This document shows, in pieces, positions 41,174-52,997 of a DNA stretch of 64,000 nt. The first letter of the stretch is position 1. The number at the start of each line of letters is the position of its first letter. The notes under the pieces were generated by a model. The model was not told where the DNA came from, made no database searches, and saw only the letters and a program-made list of their open reading frames with translations. The stretch lies in assembly GCF_054482595.1 (NCBI RefSeq), contig NZ_CM137008.1; one strand, given 5' to 3'. The position numbers and the translations under genes were made by a program.

Positions 41174-42706
41174 ATGACGCAGAAAATTGAACAATCTCAA
41201 CGACAAGAACGGGTAGCGGCCTGGAATCGTCGCGCTGAATGCGATCTTGCCGCTTTCCAGAACTCGCCAAAGCAAACCTACCAGGCTGAAAAAGCGCGCG
41301 ATCGCAAACTGTGCGCCAACCTGGAAGAAGCGATTCGTCGCTCTGGTTTACAGGACGGCATGACGGCTTCCTTCCATCACGCTTTCCGTGGCGGTGACCT
41401 GATCGTCAATATGGTGATGGACGTCATCGCGAAGATGGGCTTTAAAAACCTGACTCTGGCCTCCAGCTCCCTGAGTGATTGCCATGCGCCGCTGGTAGAA
41501 CACATTCGCCAGGGCGTGGTTACCCGCATTTATACCTCTGGCCTGCGCGGTCCACTGGCGGAAGAAATCTCCCGTGGTCTGCTGGCGGAACCGGTGCAAA
41601 TCCACTCTCACGGCGGACGTGTGCATCTGGTACAGAGCGGCGAACTGAATATCGATGTGGCTTTCCTCGGCGTCCCGTCCTGTGATGAATTCGGTAATGC
41701 CAACGGCTACTCCGGTAAAGCCTGCTGCGGCTCCCTCGGCTATGCAATGGTTGATGCCGACAACGCAAAACAGGTCGTGATGCTTACCGAAGAACTGCTG
41801 CCTTATCCGCATAATCCGGCAAGCATTGAGCAAGATCAGGTTGATCTGATCGTCAAAGTTGATCGCGTTGGCGATGCTGCAAAAATCGGCGCTGGTGCTA
41901 CCCGTATGACCACTAACCCGCGCGAACTGCTTATTGCCCGTAGCGCTGCGGATGTGATTGTTAACTCTGGCTACTTCAAAGAAGGTTTCTCTATGCAGAC
42001 CGGCACCGGCGGCGCTTCGCTGGCGGTAACCCGTTTCCTGGAAGACAAAATGCGTAGCCGCGATATTCGCGCCGACTTCGCCCTCGGCGGTATTACCGCA
42101 ACGATGGTTGATCTGCACGAAAAAGGTCTGATCCGCAAACTGCTGGATGTGCAGAGCTTTGACAGCCATGCTGCGCAATCGCTGGCCCGTAACCCCAATC
42201 ACATCGAAATCAGCGCCAACCAGTACGCTAACTGGGGGTCGAAAGGCGCATCGGTTGATCGTCTCGACGTGGTGGTACTGAGTGCGCTGGAAATTGACAC
42301 CCAGTTCAACGTTAACGTGCTGACCGGCTCTGACGGCGTACTGCGTGGTGCTTCCGGTGGTCACTGCGATACCGCAATTGCCTCTGCGCTTTCCATCATC
42401 GTCGCGCCGCTGGTACGCGGTCGTATTCCGACGCTGGTGGATAACGTGCTGACCTGCATCACCCCGGGCTCCAGTGTCGATATTCTGGTCACAGACCACG
42501 GCATCGCTGTTAACCCGGCACGTCCGGAGCTGGCAGAACGTCTGCAGGAAGCGGGGATCAAAGTGGTTTCTATTGAGTGGCTGCGTGAACGTGCGCGTCT
42601 GCTGACCGGTGAACCACAGCCGATTGAATTCACCGACCGCGTCGTTGCCGTTGTGCGTTACCGCGATGGCTCGGTGATCGATGTTGTGCATCAGGTGAAG
42701 GAATAA
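41174..42706 (+). CDS. citF: Citrate lyase alpha subunit (citrate CoA-transferase)
   Basis: 510 aa, following citE after 10 nt. Matches E. coli CitF. Confidence 0.92.
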   Translation: MTQKIEQSQRQERVAAWNRRAECDLAAFQNSPKQTYQAEKARDRKLCANLEEAIRRSGLQDGMTASFHHAFRGGDLIVNMVMDVIAKMGFKNLTLASSSLSDCHAPLVEHIRQGVVTRIYTSGLRGPLAEEISRGLLAEPVQIHSHGGRVHLVQSGELNIDVAFLGVPSCDEFGNANGYSGKACCGSLGYAMVDADNAKQVVMLTEELLPYPHNPASIEQDQVDLIVKVDRVGDAAKIGAGATRMTTNPRELLIARSAADVIVNSGYFKEGFSMQTGTGGASLAVTRFLEDKMRSRDIRADFALGGITATMVDLHEKGLIRKLLDVQSFDSHAAQSLARNPNHIEISANQYANWGSKGASVDRLDVVVLSALEIDTQFNVNVLTGSDGVLRGASGGHCDTAIASALSIIVAPLVRGRIPTLVDNVLTCITPGSSVDILVTDHGIAVNPARPELAERLQEAGIKVVSIEWLRERARLLTGEPQPIEFTDRVVAVVRYRDGSVIDVVHQVKE

Positions 42707-42709
42707 GTC

Positions 42710-44123
<1,414 letters not shown>

Positions 44124-44148
44124 ATCATTAATATATCCGGAGTTAACT

Positions 44149-46746
44149 ATGTTAAAAGAATACCGTAAGCATGTAGCTGAGCGTGCCGCTGAGGGGATTG
44201 CGCCCAAACCCCTGGATGCAAACCAAATGGCCGCGCTTGTAGAGCTGCTGAAAAACCCGCCCGCGGGCGAAGAAGAATTCCTGTTAGATCTGTTAACCAA
44301 CCGTGTTCCCCCTGGCGTTGATGAAGCCGCCTATGTCAAAGCAGGCTTCCTGGCTGCTGTCGCCAAAGGTGAAGCCAAATCCCCACTGCTGACACCGGAA
44401 AAGGCCATCGAACTGCTGGGCACCATGCAGGGTGGTTACAACATTCATCCGCTGATCGACGCGCTGGATGATGCCAAACTGGCACCGATCGCTGCCAAAG
44501 CACTTTCTCACACGCTGCTGATGTTCGATAACTTCTATGACGTAGAAGAGAAAGCCAAAGCAGGCAACGAATATGCGAAGCAGGTAATGCAGTCCTGGGC
44601 GGATGCCGAATGGTTCCTGAATCGCCCGGCGCTGGCTGAAAAACTGACCGTTACCGTCTTCAAAGTCACTGGCGAAACCAACACCGATGACCTCTCTCCG
44701 GCACCGGATGCGTGGTCACGCCCGGATATCCCACTGCACGCGCTGGCGATGCTGAAAAACGCCCGTGAAGGCATCGAGCCAGATCAGCCTGGTGTTGTTG
44801 GCCCGATCAAACAGATTGAAGCTCTGCAACAGAAAGGTTTCCCGCTGGCGTACGTCGGTGACGTTGTGGGTACGGGGTCATCGCGTAAATCCGCCACGAA
44901 CTCCGTTCTGTGGTTTATGGGCGATGATATTCCACATGTGCCGAACAAACGCGGCGGTGGTTTGTGCCTCGGCGGTAAAATTGCACCCATCTTCTTTAAC
45001 ACGATGGAAGATGCGGGTGCACTGCCAATCGAAGTCGACGTCTCTAACCTGAACATGGGCGACGTAATTGACGTTTACCCGTACAAAGGTGAAGTGCGTA
45101 ACCACGAAACCGGCGAACTGCTGGCAACCTTCGAACTGAAAACCGACGTGCTGATTGATGAAGTGCGTGCTGGCGGCCGTATTCCGCTGATTATCGGGCG
45201 TGGCCTGACCACCAAAGCGCGTGAAGCACTTGGCCTGCCGCACAGTGATGTGTTCCGTCAGGCGAAAGATGTCGCTGAGAGCGATCGCGGCTTCTCGCTG
45301 GCGCAGAAAATGGTAGGTCGTGCCTGCGGTGTGAAAGGCATTCGTCCGGGCGCGTACTGCGAACCGAAAATGACTTCTGTAGGTTCACAGGACACCACCG
45401 GCCCGATGACCCGTGATGAACTGAAAGACCTGGCGTGCCTGGGCTTCTCGGCTGACCTGGTGATGCAGTCTTTCTGCCACACCGCGGCGTATCCGAAACC
45501 AGTTGACGTGAATACGCACCACACGCTGCCGGACTTCATTATGAACCGTGGCGGTGTGTCGCTGCGTCCGGGTGACGGCGTAATCCACTCCTGGCTGAAC
45601 CGTATGCTGCTGCCGGATACCGTCGGTACCGGTGGTGATTCCCATACCCGTTTCCCGATCGGCATTTCTTTCCCGGCAGGCTCCGGTCTGGTGGCATTTG
45701 CTGCTGCAACTGGCGTCATGCCGCTGGATATGCCGGAATCCGTTCTGGTGCGCTTCAAAGGCAAAATGCAGCCGGGCATCACCCTGCGCGATTTGGTACA
45801 CGCTATTCCGCTGTATGCGATCAAACAAGGTCTGCTGACCGTTGAGAAGAAAGGCAAGAAAAACATCTTCTCTGGCCGCATCCTGGAAATTGAAGGTCTG
45901 CCGGATCTGAAAGTTGAGCAGGCCTTTGAGCTGACCGATGCGTCCGCCGAGCGTTCTGCTGCCGGTTGTACCATCAAGCTGAACAAAGAACCGATCATCG
46001 AATACCTGAACTCCAACATCGTCCTGCTGAAGTGGATGATCGCGGAAGGTTACGGCGATCATCGTACCCTGGAACGCCGTATTCAGGGCATGGAAAAATG
46101 GCTGGCGAATCCTGAGCTGCTGGAAGCCGATGCAGATGCGGAATACGCGGCAGTGATCGACATCGATCTGGCGGATATCAAAGAGCCAATCCTCTGTGCT
46201 CCGAACGACCCGGATGACGCGCGTCCGCTGTCTGCGGTACAGGGCGAGAAGATCGACGAAGTGTTTATCGGTTCCTGCATGACCAACATCGGTCACTTCC
46301 GTGCTGCGGGTAAACTGCTGGATGCGCATAAAGGCCAGCTGCCGACCCGCCTGTGGGTGGCACCGCCAACCCGTATGGACGCCGCGCAGTTGACCGAAGA
46401 AGGCTACTACAGCGTCTTCGGTAAGAGTGGTGCGCGTATCGAGATCCCTGGCTGTTCCCTGTGTATGGGTAACCAGGCGCGTGTAGCAGACGGTGCGACG
46501 GTGGTTTCCACCTCTACCCGTAACTTTCCGAACCGTTTGGGTACTGGCGCGAATGTCTTCCTGGCTTCTGCGGAACTGGCCGCTGTTGCGGCGCTGATTG
46601 GCAAACTGCCGACGCCGGAAGAGTACCAGACCTACGTGGCGCAGGTAGATAAAACCGCCGTTGATACTTACCGTTATCTGAACTTCAACCAGCTTTCTCA
46701 GTATACCGAGAAAGCGGATAGGGTGATTTTTCCTAGTGTGGTTTAA
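44149..46746 (+). CDS. acnB: Aconitate hydratase B / 2-methylisocitrate dehydratase, full length
   Basis: 865 aa, colinear with K-12 AcnB ([26 protein letters not shown]...; Fe-S ligands in CSLCMGNQ). GGAG lies 6 nt upstream of the ATG, which is only 25 nt after the citG stop. Confidence 0.92.
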   Translation: MLKEYRKHVAERAAEGIAPKPLDANQMAALVELLKNPPAGEEEFLLDLLTNRVPPGVDEAAYVKAGFLAAVAKGEAKSPLLTPEKAIELLGTMQGGYNIHPLIDALDDAKLAPIAAKALSHTLLMFDNFYDVEEKAKAGNEYAKQVMQSWADAEWFLNRPALAEKLTVTVFKVTGETNTDDLSPAPDAWSRPDIPLHALAMLKNAREGIEPDQPGVVGPIKQIEALQQKGFPLAYVGDVVGTGSSRKSATNSVLWFMGDDIPHVPNKRGGGLCLGGKIAPIFFNTMEDAGALPIEVDVSNLNMGDVIDVYPYKGEVRNHETGELLATFELKTDVLIDEVRAGGRIPLIIGRGLTTKAREALGLPHSDVFRQAKDVAESDRGFSLAQKMVGRACGVKGIRPGAYCEPKMTSVGSQDTTGPMTRDELKDLACLGFSADLVMQSFCHTAAYPKPVDVNTHHTLPDFIMNRGGVSLRPGDGVIHSWLNRMLLPDTVGTGGDSHTRFPIGISFPAGSGLVAFAAATGVMPLDMPESVLVRFKGKMQPGITLRDLVHAIPLYAIKQGLLTVEKKGKKNIFSGRILEIEGLPDLKVEQAFELTDASAERSAAGCTIKLNKEPIIEYLNSNIVLLKWMIAEGYGDHRTLERRIQGMEKWLANPELLEADADAEYAAVIDIDLADIKEPILCAPNDPDDARPLSAVQGEKIDEVFIGSCMTNIGHFRAAGKLLDAHKGQLPTRLWVAPPTRMDAAQLTEEGYYSVFGKSGARIEIPGCSLCMGNQARVADGATVVSTSTRNFPNRLGTGANVFLASAELAAVAALIGKLPTPEEYQTYVAQVDKTAVDTYRYLNFNQLSQYTEKADRVIFPSVV

Positions 46747-46815
46747 GAAGTCAGTGTGCTGCGTATAAAAAGCTAATACCAGGCTGCCTGTCATATCGAT
46801 TTCATGCAGGATAAG

Positions 46816-46846
46816 TAGAACTCCGTCTAATCTAGACGGAGTTCTA
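46816..46846. repeat. Perfect 14-bp-stem palindrome, homologous to IS66 left-end sequence at 58007-58037
   Basis: TAGAACTCCGTCTA-atc-TAGACGGAGTTCTA. The copy at 58007-58037 has two mismatches and runs into the orfA ATG. Confidence 0.8.
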
Positions 46847-46953
46847 TTGTATTGATGGCTTTGGTAGAAGCGTAAGTGTACAGCGAGAGCTGTATTGACA
46901 GGAATGCGTTATTCAGTTGGCAGTGTATTGCGCAGGGGGAGCCGTTCGCTGAC

Positions 46954-47590
46954 GTAAGCGGCTCGTCAGAACCGTATTGATATTTACTGAGCGGTCAGTT
47001 CAACTTTCCAGGGCAACAGATCACGTACCCGGTTTGCCGGCCAGTCCTGGATATGTTCAATGACGTAACGCAGCCATTTTCTGGCTCCTCATTGTTCAGA
47101 CGGCATGTGCCGATCAGCGAGTACAACACCGCCGCATGTTCGCCACCGTTGTCGGAACCCACGAAGAGCCAGTTTTTCCGGCCTACGGCCACTCCCCGTA
47201 AGGCGTTCTCTGCGATGTTGTTGTCGATTTCCACCCAGCCATTGCTGCAGTACACATTCAGGCCATCCCACTGTTTCAGCAGGTATGCGAACGCTTTTGC
47301 CGTATCCGAGTGACGCGACAGTGTTTTCATCTGAGTCTGTATCCAGTCATACAGTGACTGCATCAGTGGCGCAGCTCTGGCTTTTCTTGCTGCCAGACGC
47401 TGTTCTGCTGAACATCCCCGGACTTCTGCCTCGGTGGCATACAGTTCACCGATACGCTGCAGGGCTTCCGTGGTGATGTCGGTTGGCACTCTTACATGCA
47501 CATCGTGGATTCTTCTCCGGGAATGAGCCATACACGCGGCTTCCGTTACTCTGCCGGATTCGTATAACGCCTAAGCATCGGCCTGAAGCA
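46954..47590 (-). mobile_element. IS66-family right-end fragment carrying tnpC 3' part (pseudogene)
   Basis: The plus strand starts GTAAGCGG at 46954. The minus-strand translation reads ..[30 protein letters not shown]...[25 protein letters not shown], the IS66 TnpC C-terminal half. A frameshift near 47070 alters the last ~30 aa. Confidence 0.75.
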
Positions 47591-47997
47591 CACCACAAAG
47601 ACTGGCCTTCAGGCTGTACACGCAGCCAAAGCGTTTATCGTTGAACACCACATTTTTCTGGCTGATGTCCCATTCTTCACGCAGCATAGCAATCAGTTGT
47701 GGTGTGCAGGTAAGCAGCAAGCGAAAAGGCAGTTCAAAACTGGTGACGTAATCCACATTCAGCAGGGCAATACGCAGCAGTTCTTCTGGCCCTGCCTCTG
47801 TCTGCCGACACTCCTCCAGAACATCCTGCTACTGCCGACGAAGATATGGAGATTCATTCAATTCTGTAAAACCGTATTTATCCGCCAGATAGTCAATTCG
47901 TGTACGCATACTGAAAAGAATTCCGTATAAAAATTCAGCAGACAAAACTTTATCAGCCCATAAGAATCAACGGAAGAGCCAGTAACGTACCAGATTA

Positions 47998-48510
47998 TCA
48001 CCTGGCTATTGTTGCCATAACGGGTAACATAAGGGACTGAACAGTTGTCTTTAGCACAACGAACTGATCTAATGTACCTGAACGGTCAACCTGAAAACAG
48101 CTTTCCAACCGACATTGTCCGCCAGCGTTTATCCCCGACCAGGTCTGTTGCAGTAAATCCACCACTTGCGAACATTCTTCATCAACTGTGGCACTGACCC
48201 GCAGATGGCAAATGCTCGCCTGGCTGAGCAGCAACAGGCATCGTATTGTTGCTTCTCCATGTTGTTCCAGCAACCAGCGTAATACCACCGGCGGTGCTGG
48301 ACTGGCAGTGTGATTACGCTCAGTAATATGTTCTTGCACCTGTCGGTAAAAGGCAGTACAGAATGCATGAATCTGTTGCCCGTTGATGTTTCCTTCTGCC
48401 GAATAGAGCGTGAAGTGGACTGCCAGCAGACGCGGCCAGTGGTCCACCGCCTGCTGAACAAAACGCCAGATATCTCCCGGCTCTGAAAGTAACGCTTCGG
48501 TTATTTGCAC
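47998..48510 (-). CDS. YagK/YfjJ-family (inovirus Gp2-like) protein, third paralogue
   Basis: 170 aa. HWPRLLAVHFTLYSAEG ... VVLRWLLEQHGEATIRCLLLLSQ follows the family motif order. Confidence 0.45.
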   Translation of the reverse strand: MQITEALLSEPGDIWRFVQQAVDHWPRLLAVHFTLYSAEGNINGQQIHAFCTAFYRQVQEHITERNHTASPAPPVVLRWLLEQHGEATIRCLLLLSQASICHLRVSATVDEECSQVVDLLQQTWSGINAGGQCRLESCFQVDRSGTLDQFVVLKTTVQSLMLPVMATIAR

Positions 48511-48669
48511 GGAATACTACTCCTTCAGACTCTGTTAAGTTTTGTTTGTTAAACCGGTGCAGACCTGCAGGAAAGCACGCCAGCACCGGCACTGTACGAT
48601 ATAAACATCCGGTACCGGGGATACGAATGGAATGACGAATACGCCAGAAAAGGGATAACAACCTTCCTC

Positions 48670-49827
48670 ATAATGGTGAAATCATTCGCTATCGGTTACA
48701 CGGTACGCGATGTCGCCAAAGGCAGCTGGATCGACGAATCCACGGTCACGCTACCGAAAGCGCCGCCGCTTAACACCCTGCCTCGGGCGACCAAAGTGCC
48801 GGAGCCACTGCCGCCGCAGGAAGATTACACCTTTGAAGGTTACCGCAACGCCGACGGCAGCGTGGGCACCAAAAACCTGTTGGGTATTACCACCAGCGTG
48901 CACTACATGGCAGACGTTGAGGACTACGTGGTTAAAATTATCGAACGCGACCTGCTGCCGAAATACCCGAGCATCGACGGCGTGGTCGACTTGAACCACC
49001 TCTACGGCTGTGGCGTAGCGATTAATGTACCGGCCGCCGTGGTGCCAATTCGCACCATCCATAATATTGCGCTGAACCCAAACTTCGGTGGCGAAGTGAT
49101 GGTGGTGGGCATGCAGTGCGGTGGCAGCGACGCGTTCTCCGGCGTTACCACTAACCCCGCTGTCGGCTACGACTCTGACCTGCTGGTGCGCTGCGGCGCA
49201 ACGGTGATGTTCTCCGAAGTCACTGAAGTACGCGACGCCATTCATCTGTTAACGCCACGCGCCATCAATGAAGAAGTGGGCAGGCGTCTGCTCGAAGAGA
49301 TGGCCTGATACGATAACTATCCCGATATGGGCAAAACCGACCGCAGCGCCAACCCTTCGCCGGGCAACAAAAAGGGCGGCCTCGCCAACGTGGTAAAGAA
49401 AGCACTCGGCTCCATTGCTAAATCGGGTAAAACCGCAATTGTTGAAGTGCTGTCGCCCGGTCAACACCCGACTAAACGCGGATTAATTTACGCCGCGACG
49501 CCAGCCAGCGATTTTGTCTGTGGCACGCAACAGGTGGCTTCGGGTATCACCGTGCAAGTGTTTACGACCGGCCGTGGTACGACGTACGGCCTGATGGCGG
49601 TACCCGTCATTAAAATGGCGACCCGCACCGGGCTGGCGAACCACTGGTTTGATTTAATGGATATTAACGCAGGCACTATCGCTACCGGCGAAGAGACCAT
49701 TGAAGAGGTGGGCTGGAAGTTGTTCCACTTTATTCTCGACGTCGCCAGCGGGAAGAAGAAAACTTTCTCGGATCAATGGGGATTGCATAACCAGCTGGCA
49801 GTGTTTAACCCGGCACCGGTGGCCTGA
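48670..49827 (+). pseudogene. garD: Galactarate dehydratase garD, 5'-truncated with internal deletion and premature stop
   Basis: Homology starts at about K-12 codon 60 (NGEIIRY). [13 protein letters not shown] collapses about 90 aa of K-12 GarD. EEMA-stop at 49306-49308 replaces EEMEWYDNY. The 3' part (49327-49827) is intact. Confidence 0.8.
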
Positions 49828-49856
49828 TATTCTCTTCATACATTAAGTTGTATTAT

Positions 49857-49881
49857 GCCCGATAACGCTTGTTTATCGGGC
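49857..49881. terminator. Bidirectional hairpin between convergent garD' and agaR
   Basis: GCCCGATAA-N7-TTATCGGGC. Confidence 0.5.
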
Positions 49882-49889
49882 ATAGTGAA

Positions 49890-50714
49890 TCACAGCGAAG
49901 ACGCGAGCTCCCCGACCAGAATCACTTCAACCCCAGCCTTTCGCAAGCCTTCCAGACTATCCGCAGGAATGCCTTCATCAACAATGATCATGTCGATACG
50001 TTTAGTATCAATGATCTTATGTAAACTGGAACGATTGAACTTACTGGAATCGGTGACCACGATGATCCGTTCCGCAACTTCGCACATCCGGCGGTTTAAA
50101 CGGGCTTCATCTTCATTATGCGTGCTGACGCCGCGCTCCAGATCGATCGCATCTACACCAAGAAACAGCATATCGAAGTGGTAATTTTGCAGCGATTGCT
50201 CAGCCTGATCGCCGTAAAAAGATTGCGACTGACGGCGCAAATGCCCGCCGGTCATCAGCAGCTCAACGCCTTCCGCTTCCAGCAACGCATTAGCCACGTT
50301 CATACCGTTGGTCATCGCAATTACGTCAGTGTGCTTGCGCATCAGACGAGCAATCTCAAAAGTGGTGGTCCCGGAATCGAGGAGCACCCGATGACCTGGC
50401 TGAATCAACTCAACGGCAGCTTTCGCAACGCTGCGTTTCATCGCGGTGTTCAGTGCGCTTTTGTCTTCCACTGATGGCTCGACTGACGGCGTCGTGCTAT
50501 CGCAGATCAACGCGCCACCATAGGCACGCACAGCGATCCTCTGCTTTTCCAGAAACGCCAGATCGTTGCGGATCGTCACAGTAGATACGCCATACAATGC
50601 CGACAGATCGTTAACCTGCACACTCCCTTGCTGTCGCAGACGCTGAATGATCTGTTCTCGTCGCTCGCTGGTGCCTGTCACTCGCTTCTCACCTGAAGCG
50701 TCGGTATTACTCAT
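49890..50714 (-). CDS. agaR: DeoR-family repressor of the N-acetylgalactosamine regulon
   Basis: 274 aa, [44 protein letters not shown].... Near-identical to K-12 AgaR as I recall it, with a slightly longer C-terminus. Confidence 0.9.
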   Translation of the reverse strand: MSNTDASGEKRVTGTSERREQIIQRLRQQGSVQVNDLSALYGVSTVTIRNDLAFLEKQRIAVRAYGGALICDSTTPSVEPSVEDKSALNTAMKRSVAKAAVELIQPGHRVLLDSGTTTFEIARLMRKHTDVIAMTNGMNVANALLEAEGVELLMTGGHLRRQSQSFYGDQAEQSLQNYHFDMLFLGVDAIDLERGVSTHNEDEARLNRRMCEVAERIIVVTDSSKFNRSSLHKIIDTKRIDMIIVDEGIPADSLEGLRKAGVEVILVGELASSL

Positions 50715-50721
50715 AGTAAGT

Positions 50722-50932
50722 CCTTTCGTAAAACTTTCGTTTCATTTCGTTTTGCCTATTAACGCCTTTCTATTAAGCAAATGCAAGCCCACCTTGCCCA
50801 TTGGCGCAAGCTACTCTCGTTTCACTGACTTTCATTATGTTTCTTTTGTGAATCGGATCAGAAAACCATTATCTTTCGTTTTATTTTTATCTCACCATGA
50901 CGCAGTATGAACTGAAACAAAACGAAAGATTA
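50722..50932. promoter_or_regulatory. agaR-kbaZ divergent control region with AgaR-type TTTCGT operator repeats
   Basis: CTTTCGTAAAACTTTCGTTTCATTTCGTTTTG (50722-50756), ATCTTTCGTTTTATTTT (50871-) and the inverted AAACGAAAGA (50920-). Confidence 0.55.
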
Positions 50933-50962
50933 ATATCGCAGCAATCTGAACTGGAGAGGAAA

Positions 50963-51301
50963 GTGAAACATCTGACAGAAATGGTGAGGCAGTACAAAGC
51001 GGGCAAAACAAATGGAATTTATGCCGTTTGTTTTGCCCGCTTTGTGCTGCATGGGGCGAGCGATGTGCCGGATGAGTATGTTCGTCGCACCATTGGGCCA
51101 GGCGTCTGCAAAGTCAACGTTGCAACCGAGTTGAAGATCGCCTTCTCTGACGCCATCAAAGCTTGGTTTGCTGAAAATCAGCAGAGCAACGATCCGTGCT
51201 TTTACATGCGGGTTGGCATGGACGCCATGAAAGAGGTGGTCAGAAGCAAAATCGCCGTCTGCGGCTCGGCAAATCGATTACGGCTACCGGCGGAGGCCTG
51301 A
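50963..51301 (+). pseudogene. In-frame kbaZ'-'kbaY deletion fusion
   Basis: (V)[22 protein letters not shown] (KbaZ N-terminus) is joined to [17 protein letters not shown]...VATELKIAF...[24 protein letters not shown] (KbaY C-terminus). agaVWEFA and agaS are missing. Confidence 0.8.
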
Positions 51302-51414
51302 TCCAACAGCGTATTACCTCAATATTTCAAAATAATTATAAGTCTCACAAATATGAAGGCGCGTCCTTAAACCGGGTAGCGCCTTCCATTATCCTAAAAT
51401 TCGAGGAGCCCTAT

Positions 51415-52986
51415 ATGACACAAAAAAAATCTTTTAAATCAAAATTATGGGAGTTTTTACAAAGTCTGGGAAAAACCTTTATGTTCCCGGTTTCGCTTCT
51501 TGCCTTTATGGGATTGCTGCTGGGTATCGGTAGTTCAGTCACCAGCCCTTCCACCATTACTAGTTTTCCCTTTCTGGGCGGCGAATTTACCCAGTTGACC
51601 TTTGGCTTTATCGCTATGGTCGGTGGCTTTGCTTTTACCTATCTGCCGCTGATGTTTGCCATGGCGATCCCCATGGGGCTTGCCAAGCGCAACAAAGCGG
51701 TCGCTGCCTTTGCCGGGTTCGTTGGCTACATGCTGATGAACATGAGCATTAATTATTACCTGACGGCTACCCACCAGCTTGCCGACCCCGCCACCATGAA
51801 ACAGGTAGGACAATCGATCGTGCTGGGCATTCAAACCCTGGAGATGGGGGTATTAGGTGGCATTGTGGTTGGGGTTATCACCTATTTTCTGCATGACCGT
51901 TTTCAGGACACGGTTCTGCATGACGCCTTCGCCTTCTTTAGCGGCATTCGTTTCGTGCCGATTATTACCGCGCTCACCCTGTCGCTGGTGGGTCTGTTCA
52001 TTCCCATGCTGTGGGAATACGTCGCGCTGGGCATCGCGGGTATTGGGCATATCATCCAGAGCACCAGCGTTTTCGGCCCCTTCCTCTACGGCGTAGGCGT
52101 GCTGCTGCTTAAACCTTTTGGTCTGCACCACATCCTGCTGGCGATGGTGCGTTTTACCCCAGCAGGCGGCATTGAAATGGTAAATGGCCATGAGGTCGCC
52201 GGGGCGCTGAATATCTTCTACGCCGAGCTCAAAGCCGGCCTGCCGTTTAGCCCGCACGTTACCGCGTTTCTGTCACAAGGGTTTATGCCGACCTTTATCT
52301 TCGGTTTACCCGCCGTGGCTTACGCCATCTACCGCACCGCGCGTCCGGAAAATCGGCCGGTCATTAAGGGGTTGCTGCTTTCCGGCGTGCTGGTTTCCGT
52401 CGTCACCGGTATTTCAGAGCCGATTGAGTTCCTGTTCCTGTTTATCGCCCCCGCGCTTTACGCCTTCCATATCGTCATGTCTGGCCTGGCGCTGATGGTA
52501 ATGGCCCTGCTGGGAGTGACCATCGGCAATACCGACGGCGGCATTCTGGATCTGCTGATTTTCGGCGTGATGCAGGGAATGTCGACCAAATGGTATCTGC
52601 TGTTCCCGGTTGGTATTGCCTGGTTTGCCATCTACTTCTTTGTCTTCCGCTGGTACATCCTCAAACACAACATCAAAACGCCGGGCCGCGAGGTGGATGT
52701 TCAGGGGGCACAGCAAGCCGTCGAGGCGAACACCCGCGCGCGCGGAAAATCAAAATACGATCACGAGCTTATCCTGCGTGCGCTCGGAGGTAAAGAGAAC
52801 ATTGAGTCGCTTGATAACTGTATTACCCGCTTGCGTCTGGTGGTGAAAGATATGGGCCTTATCGATCAGCAGGCGCTGAAAGCGGCAGGCGCGTTGTCAG
52901 TGGTGGTGCTTGATGCGCATAGCGTGCAGGTGATCATCGGACCGCAGGTACAGAGCGTCAAAACCGGCATTGAAGCCTTAATTTAA
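51415..52986 (+). CDS. PTS EIICB component, glucose/maltose (MalX-like) family
   Basis: 523 aa from ATG 51415 (SD GAGGAG): a polytopic EIIC followed by a C-terminal EIIB with NCITRLRL (phospho-Cys motif). The track start at 51196 is an extension. Confidence 0.8.
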   Translation: MTQKKSFKSKLWEFLQSLGKTFMFPVSLLAFMGLLLGIGSSVTSPSTITSFPFLGGEFTQLTFGFIAMVGGFAFTYLPLMFAMAIPMGLAKRNKAVAAFAGFVGYMLMNMSINYYLTATHQLADPATMKQVGQSIVLGIQTLEMGVLGGIVVGVITYFLHDRFQDTVLHDAFAFFSGIRFVPIITALTLSLVGLFIPMLWEYVALGIAGIGHIIQSTSVFGPFLYGVGVLLLKPFGLHHILLAMVRFTPAGGIEMVNGHEVAGALNIFYAELKAGLPFSPHVTAFLSQGFMPTFIFGLPAVAYAIYRTARPENRPVIKGLLLSGVLVSVVTGISEPIEFLFLFIAPALYAFHIVMSGLALMVMALLGVTIGNTDGGILDLLIFGVMQGMSTKWYLLFPVGIAWFAIYFFVFRWYILKHNIKTPGREVDVQGAQQAVEANTRARGKSKYDHELILRALGGKENIESLDNCITRLRLVVKDMGLIDQQALKAAGALSVVVLDAHSVQVIIGPQVQSVKTGIEALI

Positions 52987-52997
52987 CAGGAGGAGTG

